Shown: positions 48,002 through 60,956 of the stretch, piece by piece | How positions within the stretch are numbered: position 1 is the stretch's first letter | How the letters are laid out: each line of letters begins with the position of its first letter | Assembly: GCA_965649765.1 (NCBI GenBank) | Contig: OZ287749.1 | Location: forward strand, 7,936,001-8,000,000 | Length of the DNA stretch: 64,000 nt | Direction: 5' to 3' | Source of the DNA: Bispira polyomma | Taxonomy: Eukaryota | Made by a program: the position numbers and the translations under genes | The notes under the pieces: generated by a model | The model's database searches: none | Told to the model about the DNA's origin: nothing | What the model saw: the letters and a program-made list of their open reading frames with translations, nothing else

Positions 48002-50520
48002 CAGAAGGGCTTGAGATTTGAACATAGAACTACAACCAGGAGGAGGCGGCGAATGTGTTACCACTATTTTACCTTAGCCCACAATTTGTTACCAGTAAGT
48101 CAGACTGCTATTTAAAGTCAATGTTTCTCTTTACTACATGTTAAAAGAGCCCGCAGTACTTAGAAACATTAGTTTTTAAGTAGGTTGGAATCCTGTTCAT
48201 TCCTTCATGTGGGAACATTTGTCAGGTATTTGACGTCGGTTGGTGGCTTATAGTTTCACCATGATTTGAACTAAGCTGTCTAAAACAACATAAAACTGAT
48301 TTCAAGTTTAAATTCAAATACTAGTTAAAAATAAAAAGATGTCATTAATTCTTTTAAGATTTAGTCATAATGTTATAGATACCTTATATTGTAACATATC
48401 CATCCCTATTATTGAAAGTCGTGGTAATAACAAGTAAAACTATTATTGTTAACATATAATATCCAACAGGTCCAACTCTGGTCAAGGCATTCATTTTCCA
48501 ATGCAGTACAATATTAGGTTTGCTTTTTAAGGTCAATAAAATTTAAAAAATTGTCCAGTATGTGATATACAAATCACACTTGTTCACCAGCGTTTTCTTT
48601 TTTAAAACAGAAAATCACACCTGTGCTTTGGTATGACTAATTTGTATCACTTCAACGGAGAAGCCTTTTAAAATACTTCTTGGCAAGAAGTGTACAGAAT
48701 TATGTTTTTTTTTTTTTAATATTTTATTCTCTTAGTTTTTGGTTTAGATGCCAACACATAACGCACAGTCCTTAGAAATGTTGTAAAACAACCACACAAA
48801 CTATGTGTGTTTAAACGTTAAAACACACATAAACACAAATGAATCAAATTTAAGATGTGTTTATTTATGTAAAAACTAATTAAAAATGGTTTTTGTACAC
48901 ATTGTACCCTAAGAAAAGAAATTACGCAATATAGGATATACTCATTTGATAGATAATGATCATTAATTTGATTTAAAAAAATTGCATTTTATACAATAAT
49001 ATACCAACTGTAAAATGTTTGAAGAAAAATGAATTTCTAGCAGTACACGTACCAATCTTTGAAATGTGGCTTAATTATTATAACATAACTGCTAAAAGCC
49101 CATGAGATTATTTTGATATATTAATAATTAGAAGTATATTTTTTTATTTTTCTTCACTAGGGCTGACCATGCACTCATCCCCTATCATTAACTTATGAAC
49201 AGATTATCTTATCTTGTTTACACACACTGCATGAGCTCTCAGATAATTAGATGATGTGGAGCATGGCTGGAGAGGGGTAGGCAAACAAATACCTGTCATT
49301 AGTTACATATCAAAGGTAAGAGCTTTTACAGCAATAACTGTTTGGCGACTATGAATTTTCTACACACACAATATTTATAAAAGTTTAAAATTCCAACTAC
49401 ATGTTTGATCACTCTTCTAGCCTTTTCAATTAAATAATATTATATTTTCATTTCAATGTTTTGTTTTATTAAATTGTTTTTTTGTTTTTTTTTAAAGTTT
49501 TAATTTTAAATAATACTCATTAAGCATTGCAGGTAAAACTATAAAACTTTCACATCACACAGATAATTAAAAAGTACCAAGGAAAAGCTGAAATCCCTGG
49601 CTTGAATGGTACAGTCAAGATCAGTTTGGTGTTAATCAAGGAGCCTTACGGTGATAGGTTTTATGGTACTAGTTGACAATATAAACCTAGATGTACTTGT
49701 GATGATTAACTCTGTATAATGGTGAATGTACTACATTGTGATGTCCATTAATGGGTCTTGTGGTCTTACATGTGCATGGGGAGAATTACTCCTCAGGCAA
49801 TGGTATAAGGTTAAATTGTATGTGCTCCTTTACATGGATAATGTTCAAGGGCTAATAGCTCCACAGTCTGGTTATAGCCATACAGCCAATCTCTTAACCA
49901 ACCTAACTGTTCAGTCTGTCAATTAACTCTGGTCTTATGACCAGGTATGGCTAGCCAGCTGGTCTCTATATAACCTGAGGTATTTGTTGTAAGCCCTCAG
50001 TTATAATATGATACCAGTGTGTATGTATGAATTTTCCACCCACCACACCCTGTTGGTTATTTTATTATTTTAATTAATTTTAGTTAATTTTGTGTATATG
50101 TGGGGGTCACCCCCTTTTATTCGTATCATAATTTGATTTGTTATGTAATATTACTAAAACACACTAACATATAAATGTGTAGTAATGGTATAAATAAATA
50201 TCCCAAACTTTTTTACGTTTATTATTGTGTTATACTTATTCGTATATCTTAACTTATATACCTGAGTATCTTGGAGTCTTGTTATACTTGATACTTGCTA
50301 GGTCTTCCTTGGTTTATAATTGCCTTGTTGACACCTGACATTTGATACTTGCTATACTGCACATGGTTTACAGTTTGACACTTGATACTTGCTATACCTT
50401 ACATGGGTTGCAATCGGCTTGTTACACACCTTGGTCTTACTGCAGGATTGTAACAGAAACTGAATAGGTTATGAGATAAGAGCACATATAGGATTAAAGT
50501 ATGATTAGTAAGCCACAGAA

Positions 50521-50624
50521 CCTTGACCAACTGTATGCAGTGTTTCTTCCAGCGTTCCAACTATCCGTCCCAATATAATTGAATTAAAGGTACTGGAGTG
50601 GACGTTAAATTTCCAAATTCAAAA
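50521..50624 (+). mobile_element. 5'-truncated SINE with 15-bp TSD
   Basis: Matches the 3' end of the 40708 SINE. TSD TAGTAAGCCACAGAA at 50506-50520 and 50625-50639. Confidence 0.88.
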
Positions 50625-51034
50625 TAGTAAGCCACAGAAAATCTACCTTGTCAGTCATAGCAAGCTGATTGACCCTTTATTCGCATTGTAACCCACTCTT
50701 TTCCCTCAAGAATTCATTCTTTAAGTTGATATTCACCAGCCAACCTATCCAAATTTCAATATGGCTGCAACAACGCTTTATCTTCTTAGTTCGTAGAAGG
50801 ATCCGCCATGGTAGAAACGTTGAACTGACCATTCCTCCCGATATAACGGATATGAGTAGTGTAGCACTTTCCACAAAAAGGAATAGCATTTGTGTGACTG
50901 ACTTCTAGGCCCTATAATGGTAGGCAATAAAGCCCCTTTAATTGTGCGTAACTGTTAACACAAGAATAAGTCTTTGAATACACCATGTGTTAACAAAGTC
51001 ACAGCTTTAGTTTGTTAGCACTCATTCCTCATCT

Positions 51035-51146
51035 AGTTGCACAATCACTGGTCTCTCACCTCTGGGCGGCGTGAGTTTGACTCCCGTCGATGCCTATGTG
51101 AGAAAGGTGGTAGTTCCTTACTGTGGGCCGCTGGTTTCAGTGCAGT
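51035..51146 (+). mobile_element. Internal fragment of the same SINE family
   Basis: CACAATCACTGGTCTCTCACCTCTGGGCGGCGTGAG...GGGCCGCTGGTTTC. Confidence 0.8.
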
Positions 51147-51320
51147 GCAAAGATTGTTGTAAGAAATACAAAAATATGTATGACAGAAGCAAATTCTTTA
51201 AATGTATGAATTATTCTGTTGCATTAACACAACCTTGTGACATCTTATAAGATATTAACAACATAAAAACTCAAATTTGCCTATAAAGAACCCTCATGTT
51301 TTTGAACTGCTGTTTGCCTT

Positions 51321-51770
51321 TTGTAACGCCATATTTTGCATCCCTGCCATATTTTACACTCTCCCTTTGATCTTTTAGGGGGTGCATTATATGGCTGCCA
51401 TATTTTACACCCCCGTCATTAAAGTGCACCCCTTATATGATGATCAAATCAGTGATATCTATTCTTTCTTGAGGAATTGCAATTAAGTTTAGGGCATTGT
51501 TTTTAGTAAAGTGACAGCCAAGAAGGCCAAATTATACTATAATAAAAGCTCCAATCAATCACAAATCTATTATCTAATTAACAACAGACTCAATGAATTC
51601 CTAATCACTTTTAAGTTAGATGTCTCAATGAATTTATTAAATATACCCTACTCATTGAGGGTGTAAGGGGGTGTAAAATATGTCAGGGGGTGCAAAATGT
51701 GGCAAATCCCTTGCCATATTTTACATCCCTGATGCATTTTATGGGGGATGCAATATATGGCACTACACCG
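51321..51770. mobile_element. Foldback/MITE-like element with repetitive inverted arms
   Basis: GCCATATTTT(G/A)CA(T/C)CC units on the left mirrored by GGGG.TG(C/T)AA.AT.TGGC on the right. Confidence 0.6.
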
Positions 51771-52185
51771 GTGGTTGTTTATGTACAATTAAAATACAGT
51801 GATGACGTCAAGAATTGACACTCCATGTTGTAAACTTTATTTACACTAAATATTGTGGCATAACAGTGGATACTGTTGCCTAAAATAGTGCACTTTAAAA
51901 TATGCATGACATTACACCAATACATGTCGACAAAAAACACCCAATACTTAAATATAAACACTCCCCAAACATTCTTGTCCTTGTGCATATCTGCTCTAAT
52001 AAAAGTCTTACTGTGTTTTTCAAATATACTAGATTGGTGGATGCCAATGTTATCAGGCCTTCAGTCCTTTATAAATACTCAATAATTAACATCACTAATA
52101 TTAAAAATGAGAACAGTGCAGCTGTATCATTGATAAGAATCAGGAAGCCACCTAGCTACTTTGTTTTAAGAATTATTAACTAAGG

Positions 52186-52392
52186 AATAAAGTCACCAAA
52201 TTAGTTTGAAATTACTTATTGAGACATACTGACCACCTTATGGTGCTTACCTTCATGTGAACTGCCCTATTGAGTACTAGAATATTTAAATAAAGTCACC
52301 AAATTAGTTTGAAATTATTTATTGAGACATACTGACCACCTTATGGTGCTTACCTTCATGTGAACTACCCTGTTGAGTACTAGAATATTTAA
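52186..52392. repeat. 103-bp tandem duplication
   Basis: AATAAAGTCACCAAATTAG...GTACTAGAATATTTA twice, with 3 mismatches. Confidence 0.9.
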
Positions 52393-53058
52393 ACAGCAGA
52401 TTATTATTAAATACACCTTTAGTTTAATATATGTACATAAGCTTTGTAAAACATAACTGTATTATTAGTGTATTATCTTAGTTCACAATGTTAACCAAAA
52501 ATAGTTTTTAATGTGACAATTTTTCTAGAACAAATATGTCATTAAGTCAATGCATTAACACACACAAGGAGTGAAATATTTAAAATATAGACCTTATCCA
52601 TCAAGGCTTAAAACTAAAAATTACATGAAATCAGTGGAGCTAAAACCCATGATATCACGTAATACACTGATTCACTGAAATTTCAGTGATTACACATGAT
52701 TACTGATTACACAGATTCGCCGTAACATAAAAATATCATCTGCATGTTCCAGAAGATAACAACATATTATTCTGCAATATTTAATCGTCATGTATATCAT
52801 ATATCTGATTGTAATTTATGGTTGGCTCACACAGACCACAGCATTTTCCAATGTTAACCAGTGGCATCATGTCATTATATCAATACTTACTTGTATAACT
52901 TGGCTTCCACAATAACTGTTCAAAGTTTTTATGTTTCTTGCATATGCATATAATGTGTATTACCATCATACTTTACACATTGATGATTGTCTATGAAACT
53001 CTGACATAATACATTAAAGTGAACTTTTAAGATTACAGTAAACTTGAATAAATGATAT

Positions 53059-55764
53059 TTAATCGTCATGTATATCATATATCTGATTGTAATTTATGGT
53101 TGGCTCACACAGACCACAGCATCCCATAGCATGACCTTCTCCGTACAGACATTGCACCAGTTTCTTCCAGAAGAACTTTACCGCCTTTGGATTGGCTTCA
53201 CTCCATTGAAGACAGACATGGGTCTGAAGTATGTAGCCAGCTGTTGGATTCTGATGGATCAGCTTGAGCTCACCTAATTGTATGGCAACGATTTTTTTGT
53301 TCAATTGGTTGGCTTGGTTCATTGCTTGCACCAGCTCAAACTGACACCATTCACTCCTCAGGGAGATGTCACTGATGACTACAATCAGGCACTTGCTGTT
53401 GTTCATTTTGTCAATGATGGCGTCAATAATGGAACCTCCCACAGGAAAGTCACGATAGTGTATGCAGAGTTTGAGGCCATATTCCTTCTCCAGAGTCTTC
53501 ATCAGGATGGGATGTACCCAGAATCTGTCATCAGCACAGTATGATACAAAGGCATCATATTGCCAGGTCATCTGTTCCTCAGGATTATGTCTGCGGCACC
53601 TTTTGAGTGACTGGCAACACTTAAACAACTTGTAACCTATAAGGTAGCGTTTTTTGTGACAACAAAACCCACAAACAGTAAACAAAACACTAAGTATAAC
53701 TGATGGCAGGATATACATTAGTATAGAGATAGCTGACGGGTGACACATAGATTGCCAATGCTTTATCATATTGTCTGTAATGGTGGTAATACCCCTGAGC
53801 CCTGTACTCCCAGCACATGTTATTTTGTCCAGATTTTTGAAGTGTACTTTGTTTCTGCTACTTATCATCCATTCCAGAAAACGTAAGCTTTCATTTCTAC
53901 AGTCACAGGCAAGCGGGTTTCCAGTTAGATCAATATTCAAACATTTTAATTTTATTTTGAAATCTAACTGATCACAAAAGGACTGTGGCAGATATTCTAT
54001 TTTATTATTACGGAGATCAAGTGCTGTCAGATTCTCAGTTCCAGTCAGGTCAATATTAGCTAAACTGTCTTGGCTCAAAGCATTACTAGGAAGTTTTAGA
54101 TATTTGAGGTTTTTACAGTTTCTAACAAAGTACTTAAGATTTGCTGTTTCACCCAAGTTATTTCCTTCTAAATTCATGTGTGTTATCAACATATTATCAG
54201 CACAAAAGCTATAGTGGGGATCAATCAGCAAAGAATTATTGCCTAAGTATAAATGCCGAAGATTTGGAAAGTTACCACGCTTGAAGAGAATAGATGCATT
54301 AATATCCAAAAAGTTTTGACTTAAAATCAACACTTCAACATTATCCAAGCCATTGATTGAGTTCAGGTGGTTTAATGTTTCATTAAGTTTTGACATGGGC
54401 ATCCAACCATGGTTTCTGGCCATATCTATCACTTTTAGGTTATTTGGCCCTTTAATACACAAGTTCCCTTTCAATGTGAAACCTTTGAATGTAGACTCCT
54501 CCAAGTGAATATCATTGAACCCAATACCTGTGATATTGGGACCAATTGAAAGTTCCATAAAAAACATACAGGTCTCATTATAAAGTTTTCCAAATGGTGG
54601 GAGAATATCAGCAAAATCATCTTCATGTTTAGAAAAGATACAAGAAAAGACTTTCTTTGTTAACAATTCACTGGTGAAAAAGTCAGATATATTTGGTGTA
54701 TCGTTCACAAGGGCTTGTTTGTTGATGCATTGGAATATAAAGATAATATTGCCTGTTATCAAACTTTGAACTTTTGCAATTTCAGAGAGTCTCTCTAAAT
54801 GTTCAGAAACTTTACTTACATGTGGGATGTCCTTATCATATGTAAATGAACCACCACCTACATAACCCTGGCGCTGGAAATTGACATCGACAACACTCTT
54901 GTGTCCTAATATCTCAAAGAAAGAAATAGCATTCCCAATATCAATCAGCAGATTGCCCGAGAGATCTATTCTTTGAATAGAAGGAAAGTGTTTTGGTAAA
55001 CCTGGATGTAGTCTTGCGAGAGAGTTACCTTTAAGGTACAATTCCTTGACACCTTGAAATGTTCTGTTTTTGAGGAAGTCTTTCACATTCAGTGTGCTAT
55101 TGTAGCCATCCATACCCACAAGTTGAAATGTGGATAAGTGCAGTGTCTCCAATGTCCATTCGGTATTTGGGTGGAGATTGGCAATTGATTCAGACATGTT
55201 TTTCATACTCATACAGCGCGGGGACAGATATAGGACCTGTAGTGACTCCAAGGGGGAAAGTAAATCCTTTAATGACTGGTCAGCCAGTGCAATGTTAATA
55301 ATAACTTCTTTCAGGTGAGACATCCCTCTAAAAGTCTGTGGTGTGAAGTGGAGTGGGAACAGCTGGATGAACTGATTGCTTCTATGATACAGATTGAATG
55401 AGACGAGTTGTTTCAGACGGGCCACTGGAGTGATATCAATAGGAGCGGCCTGCATGGGAAGATAACCATGCCAGACATTGTCTACATCCACTTGCAGATA
55501 CATAGTGTTTTTAGGTATTTTTCTCAGAAGGTTAGCCACAGTGATGTTCTCCCTAGTATAGCATACTGTCACATTGATTTGGTACTCAGACGATCCCTCA
55601 GTGACATTAGTTTCACAAAGGAAACAAACGTCTATGTACATTTTTATACAACTTTTTTTGTTAGCCAAACTGCCTGAAAAGCTAAGCTTGGGTCCTTCCC
55701 AGTCAGTGTATCCATATGAGAGAGTCATAAGACAACTACAGCAGAAAAAGAGTATTAAAGTCAT
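53059..55764 (-). CDS. Toll-like receptor, single cysteine-cluster type, intronless and intact
   Basis: Signal peptide MTLILFFCCSCLMTLSYG (ATG 55764), LRRs, LRRCT NPLACDC, transmembrane helix, and TIR with YDAFVSY, LCIHYRDFPVG, SEWCQFE and FFWKKL. Confidence 0.96.
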   Translation of the reverse strand: MTLILFFCCSCLMTLSYGYTDWEGPKLSFSGSLANKKSCIKMYIDVCFLCETNVTEGSSEYQINVTVCYTRENITVANLLRKIPKNTMYLQVDVDNVWHGYLPMQAAPIDITPVARLKQLVSFNLYHRSNQFIQLFPLHFTPQTFRGMSHLKEVIINIALADQSLKDLLSPLESLQVLYLSPRCMSMKNMSESIANLHPNTEWTLETLHLSTFQLVGMDGYNSTLNVKDFLKNRTFQGVKELYLKGNSLARLHPGLPKHFPSIQRIDLSGNLLIDIGNAISFFEILGHKSVVDVNFQRQGYVGGGSFTYDKDIPHVSKVSEHLERLSEIAKVQSLITGNIIFIFQCINKQALVNDTPNISDFFTSELLTKKVFSCIFSKHEDDFADILPPFGKLYNETCMFFMELSIGPNITGIGFNDIHLEESTFKGFTLKGNLCIKGPNNLKVIDMARNHGWMPMSKLNETLNHLNSINGLDNVEVLILSQNFLDINASILFKRGNFPNLRHLYLGNNSLLIDPHYSFCADNMLITHMNLEGNNLGETANLKYFVRNCKNLKYLKLPSNALSQDSLANIDLTGTENLTALDLRNNKIEYLPQSFCDQLDFKIKLKCLNIDLTGNPLACDCRNESLRFLEWMISSRNKVHFKNLDKITCAGSTGLRGITTITDNMIKHWQSMCHPSAISILMYILPSVILSVLFTVCGFCCHKKRYLIGYKLFKCCQSLKRCRRHNPEEQMTWQYDAFVSYCADDRFWVHPILMKTLEKEYGLKLCIHYRDFPVGGSIIDAIIDKMNNSKCLIVVISDISLRSEWCQFELVQAMNQANQLNKKIVAIQLGELKLIHQNPTAGYILQTHVCLQWSEANPKAVKFFWKKLVQCLYGEGHAMGCCGLCEPTINYNQIYDIHDD

Positions 55765-56869
55765 TGTGAAAGATGTTAAGTTTACACAACTATATCCAGC
55801 CTTGGTCCTTAAATGTAATGCATTCTGTGAAATATAACAGTATTCAGTTATACACATATCCAAAACAAAAATGTGTGGGTTGATCAAAGGTTAGCCTTGG
55901 TTAAGACTCTCAATTTTATTAGAAAGTCATGTCATTTAAGTTTTTTTCACTTAACAATTTATATTATCAAATGTATCATTTCACAATAATTTCAGCCAAA
56001 CCATATGTATGCGTATACCTTGGTTTGAAATATTTCTAATTTCCATGTTCAAGGGATTAAAGTGTAATACAAAAGTTAAACATTAACTGGATTAAGGTAA
56101 ATGAGGCAAAAGTTGGATGGGATGTTTCTTCATGGGTGGAACTGGCTTCAAATTTTACATAAATATGGACTGTCCACAAAGCTATGAATATTCCAAAAGA
56201 CACTTCTACATTATCCACAAGGATATAGCCATTTAGATATGGAGTGCTTTCAAATGTGCCTAATATTTCTTAATTACTGGTGTTCTCTGTGTTAGTGTGT
56301 CATTAATTCAGTATGTGTTAAAATAATTGATTGAACCAGCAAAGTCTTGGTAGTATACTCTCGGTAATAAACTGTAATCAAATTTGTTGAATTATTTGAT
56401 TCTTAAACCTATACAGCCTAGAAAGGTTACTGAGGAAAGTTGTATGTGGAAAAATTTAAACACTTTTTCGGTCTCTATGAATCAGTCATTATTATAAAAG
56501 GAACTTTGTTTGTGCAGAACCCACTACACTTTTGTTGTTTTTAGGATAAAAAATGAATAAGGGATTTCCCAAGTTGATAAAATTAGTTTATCAATGCCTT
56601 ATCGTGACTCTAAGTTTTTTTATTAAGCCAGTCAGATGTTGAGATTGACACTTATTTTTTTCATAAGTCACAAGCAAAGAGTGTTATCGCAACATAGTTT
56701 GTGACGTTAATATTAAAACTGACCCATGTTTAAATGTATCTCCACAAAAAGTATGAACTTCACATGAAAATTTCACTTAAACTATATAGATTTCTGCATA
56801 TGTTCCAGTAACTGTATTTAAATTAGGTTTTATAATACATCACAAAAATCGGTTATCACATCAGATCAG

Positions 56870-57075
56870 GAGATTTGCTTCCTAGGTTTTTTTTATTAAA
56901 CTCCCTTTCTATGACTGTCAAACTAACGCCTGAGAAAGTACAGCATATTATTGACATGTGTGGGTCACAGCTTAATATTCAAAGACCCAGCATCCAGTTT
57001 GTGGGTGAGTCGATTGGGCTGTTGATAAGTGCCTTGCCTGGTGTTGGCTTTGGCCAGCTTGACATAGAATTGTGA
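56870..57075 (+). mobile_element. Probable DIRS-like retrotransposon RT/RNase H linker fragment
   Basis: FLLNSLSMTVKLTPEKV...SIQFVGESIGLLISALPGV..GQL resembles the DIRS segment following the RT core. Confidence 0.55.
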
Positions 57076-58233
57076 ACTGTCAATGTTGCAAACTGCAAAT
57101 TGCCCCGAGTTGATATGTGCTAAAATAGCATCGGACTATGATAATAGGTAATGAGGTGTAGTCACAAGTTAAAACTGATATAAAACTGATATCTAGTGGG
57201 TATGTAATCTTTGTACAATTTCTGGCTAAAATGTGAATATTATGGCTGAATGAATTACATGACATAACCTGACCAGATGGACGCCTCCTGGGAAAAGCAA
57301 GAAAAAAACACCAAAAACCACCTAGCCAAAACAATCAGTGAAGAGAAATGGTTGGTTTACTGTTTAGCTATCGATAAAGGTAGTATCTATATATGTATAG
57401 CGAGCAGGTCAATTAACGGCATACATAACTTGATATACCATAAAGTATCATTGAAACAGTTTCATGGTTTTTTTCTGCTTCTTTATAATGTAAGGAAAAC
57501 ATTGTGATGAAAAGCTCAGCATCTTCTATATTTTAGGGGTTTTCTAATCAAAACCCCCCTTTTCATACATGTTTTTTTTCCTTCTTTGTTTTATTGTATG
57601 TAAATATAATATATATGTACAACAGGTGTTATGAGACATTGATCGAAATCCTGGCTGATAATATATACAAAGATTACACAGCCACCCAAATTTATTTACT
57701 TATAAATTCTTACAACACTAAATAAACAATTGCTTTGTTTTCCATTATTTACCAGTGGGATCTTGTCAGTATATCAATACTTAATTTTATAACTTGGCTT
57801 CCACAATAACCGTTCAAAGTTTTTTTTATGTTTCTTGCATATTCATATAATGTGTATTGCCATCATATTTTACACAGAAATATTGTTTATGATACTCTAA
57901 GATCATACATTTAAGTGAACTTTCAAAAATTACAATAAACTTGAATAAATGATATTTAATCGTCATGTATATCATATATCTGATTGTAATTTATGGTTGG
58001 CTCACACAGACCACAGCATTTTCCAATGTTAACCAGTGGCATCGTGTCATTATATCAATATTTACTTGTATAACTTGGCTTCCACAATAACTGTTCAAAG
58101 TTTTTATGTTTCTTGCATATGCATATAATGTGTATTACCATCATACTTTACACATTGATGATTGTCTATGAAACTCTGACATAATACATTAAAGTGAACT
58201 TTTAAGATTACAGTAAACTTGAATAAATGATAT

Positions 58234-60956
58234 TTAATCGTCATGTATATCATATATCTGATTGTAATTTATGGTTGGCTCACACAGACCATAGCATCCC
58301 ATAGCATGACCTTCTCCGTACAGACATTGCACCAGTTTCTTCCAGAAGAACTTTACCGCCTTTGGATTGGCTTCACTCTATTGAAGACAGACATGGGTCT
58401 GAAGTATGTAGCCAGCTGTTGGATTCTGATGGATCAGCTTGAGCTCACCTAATTGTATGGCAATGATTTTTTTGTTCAATTGGTTGGCTTGGTTCATTGC
58501 TTGCACCAGCTCAAACTGACACCATTCACTCCTCAGGGAGATGTCACTGATGACTACAATCAGGCACTTGCTGTTGTTCATTTTGTCAATGATGGCGTCA
58601 ATAATGGAACCTCCCACAGGAAAGTCACGATAGTGGATGCAGAGTTTGAGGCCATATTCCTTCTCCAGAATCTTCATCAGGATGGGATGTACCCAGAATC
58701 TGTCATCAGCACAGTATGAAACAAAGGCATCATATTGCCAGGTCATCTGTTCCTCAGGATTATGTCTGCGGCACCTTTTGAGTGACTGTCAACACTTAAA
58801 CAACTTGTAACCAATAAGGTAACGTTTTCTGTGACAACAAAACCCACAAACAGTAAACAAAACACTAAGTATAACTGATGGCAGGATATACATTAGTATG
58901 GAAATAGCTGACGGGTGACACGTAGATTGCCAATGCTTTATCATATTGTCTGTAATGGTGGTAATACCCCTGAGCCCTGCATTTCCAGCACATGTTATTT
59001 TGTCCAGATTTTTGAAGTGTACTTTGTCTCTGTTATTTGTCATCCATTCTAGAAAACTTAAGCTTTCATTTCTACAGTCACAGGCAAGTGGGTTTCCAGT
59101 TAGATCAATATTCAAACTTTGCAACTGTGATTTTTTTTTTAGATCTATTTGATCGCGAAAGGACTGTGGTAGATATTCTATTTTGTTATTACTGAGATCA
59201 AGTGTTGTCAAATTCTTAGTTCCAGTCAAGTCAATATTAACTAGCGTTTCTTGGCTCAAGCCATTACTTGCAAGTTTTAGATATTTGAGGTTTTCGCAAT
59301 TTCTAACAAAGTATTTAAGATCTGCTGTTTCACCCAAGTTATTTCCTTCTAAGTTCATGTGTGTTATCAACATATTATCAGCACAAAAGCTATAGTTGTG
59401 ATCGATCAGCAAAGAATTATTGCCCAAGTATAAACCACGAAGATTTGGAAAGTTACCACCCTTGAAGAGAATGGATGCATTAATATCCAAAAAGTTGTCA
59501 TTAAAAATCAGTCGTTCAATATTATCCAAGCCGTTGATCGATTTTAAGTTGTTTAATGTTTCATGAATTTTAGACATGGGCATCCAACCATGGTTATTGG
59601 ACATATCTATGACTTTGAGGTTATTAGGCCTTTTAATACAGATTTCTCCTTTCAATGTGAAACCTCTGAACGTACTCTCCTCTAAGTGAACATCATGAAC
59701 CCATTCCTGTGATATTGGGACCAATTGAAAGTTCCATAAAAAGCATACAGTTCACATTATAAATTTTTCCAAATGGTGGCAAAATATCAGCAAATTCATT
59801 TTCATTTTTAGAAAAGATACAAGCAAAAACTTTCTTTGTTAATAATTCACTGGTGAAAAAGTATGATATGTTTGGTGTTCTGTTCGAAAGCGAGTGTGTG
59901 TTGATGCATTGGAATATAAAGATAATATTGTCCTTGATCACATTGTGAGCTCCTGCGATATCCGATAATCTCTCTAAATGTTTGTCAGCTTCAACAATAT
60001 GTGGGATGTCCGTATCCGCTGTAAATGGACCACCACCTACATAACCCTGGCGCTGGAAATTGACATGGACAACACTCTTGTGTCCTAATATCTCAAAGAC
60101 AGAAATACCATTCCCAATATCAATCAGCAGATTGTTGGAGAGATCTATATATTCTTTGAATGGCAGGAAAGTGTTTTGGTAAACCTGGATGTAGCCTTCC
60201 CAGAGAGTTCCTCTTGATGTATAACTTCTTGACACTTTCAAATGTTCTGTTGTTGAGGAAGTCTGCCAGATTCAGTGTGCTATTGTAGCCATCCATACCC
60301 ATAAGTTGAAATGTGGATAAGTGCAGTGTCTCCAATGTCCATTTGGTATTTGGGTGGAGGTTTGCAATTGACTCAGACATATTTTTCATACTGATACAGC
60401 GCGGGGACAGATACAAGACTTGTAGGGATTCTAAGGGCGACAATAAATCCTTCAAGGATTGATCTCTGATGGCTAGGTTGATGATGACTTCTTTCAGACA
60501 TGACATCCCTCTAAAGGTCTACTTTGTAAAGTGGAGTGAGAAAGGCTGGATGAACTTGGTGCTGTGCTGATACAGATTGAAGGACACAAGTCGTGTCAGA
60601 TGAGCTGCTTGGGTCAGATCAATCGGAGGGGCGTCCATCGGGAAACTACCTTGCCACGTATTATCTATACCAAGTTTTAGATAAGTTGTGTTTTTAGGAA
60701 GCTGTCTCAAAATGTCAGCCACTGTGATGCCTCTTGATGTACTAGTATAACATACTGTCACATTGATGGTGTAATGAGATACCCCTTTATTAATCCGCTG
60801 CTGACATAGAAAGCACAGGTCCACCGGCATGTCTCGACAGCCGGTTTTGTTGATTAACAAACCCAAGGAAGTCGTTGTGGGTTCATCCCAGCCATCATAT
60901 CCAAGTGAGGGTTTGGTCAAAAGTCCAATAATCATAATAAAGAATAATAAATCCAT
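58234..60956 (-). pseudogene. Toll-like receptor pseudogene, tandem paralogue
   Basis: Collinear with the intact TLR from MDLLFFIMIIGLL. Stops at 60519, 58789 and 58378, a 4-bp insertion at ~60148, and a 1-bp deletion at ~59695. Confidence 0.93.

Noticed and set aside
49698-50455. Possible solo LTR (TG...CA, TATA-like box)
   Set aside because: Flanks GTACT and GAAAC do not form a TSD, and there is no second copy in the window.
55765-55887. N-terminal extension of the TLR in the 942-aa ORF call
   Set aside because: It begins at a non-ATG codon. The signal peptide starts at ATG 55764, matching the paralogue start at 60956.
53068-59395. Plus-strand ORFs overlapping the TLR genes
   Set aside because: They are antisense shadows, duplicated only because the TLRs are.
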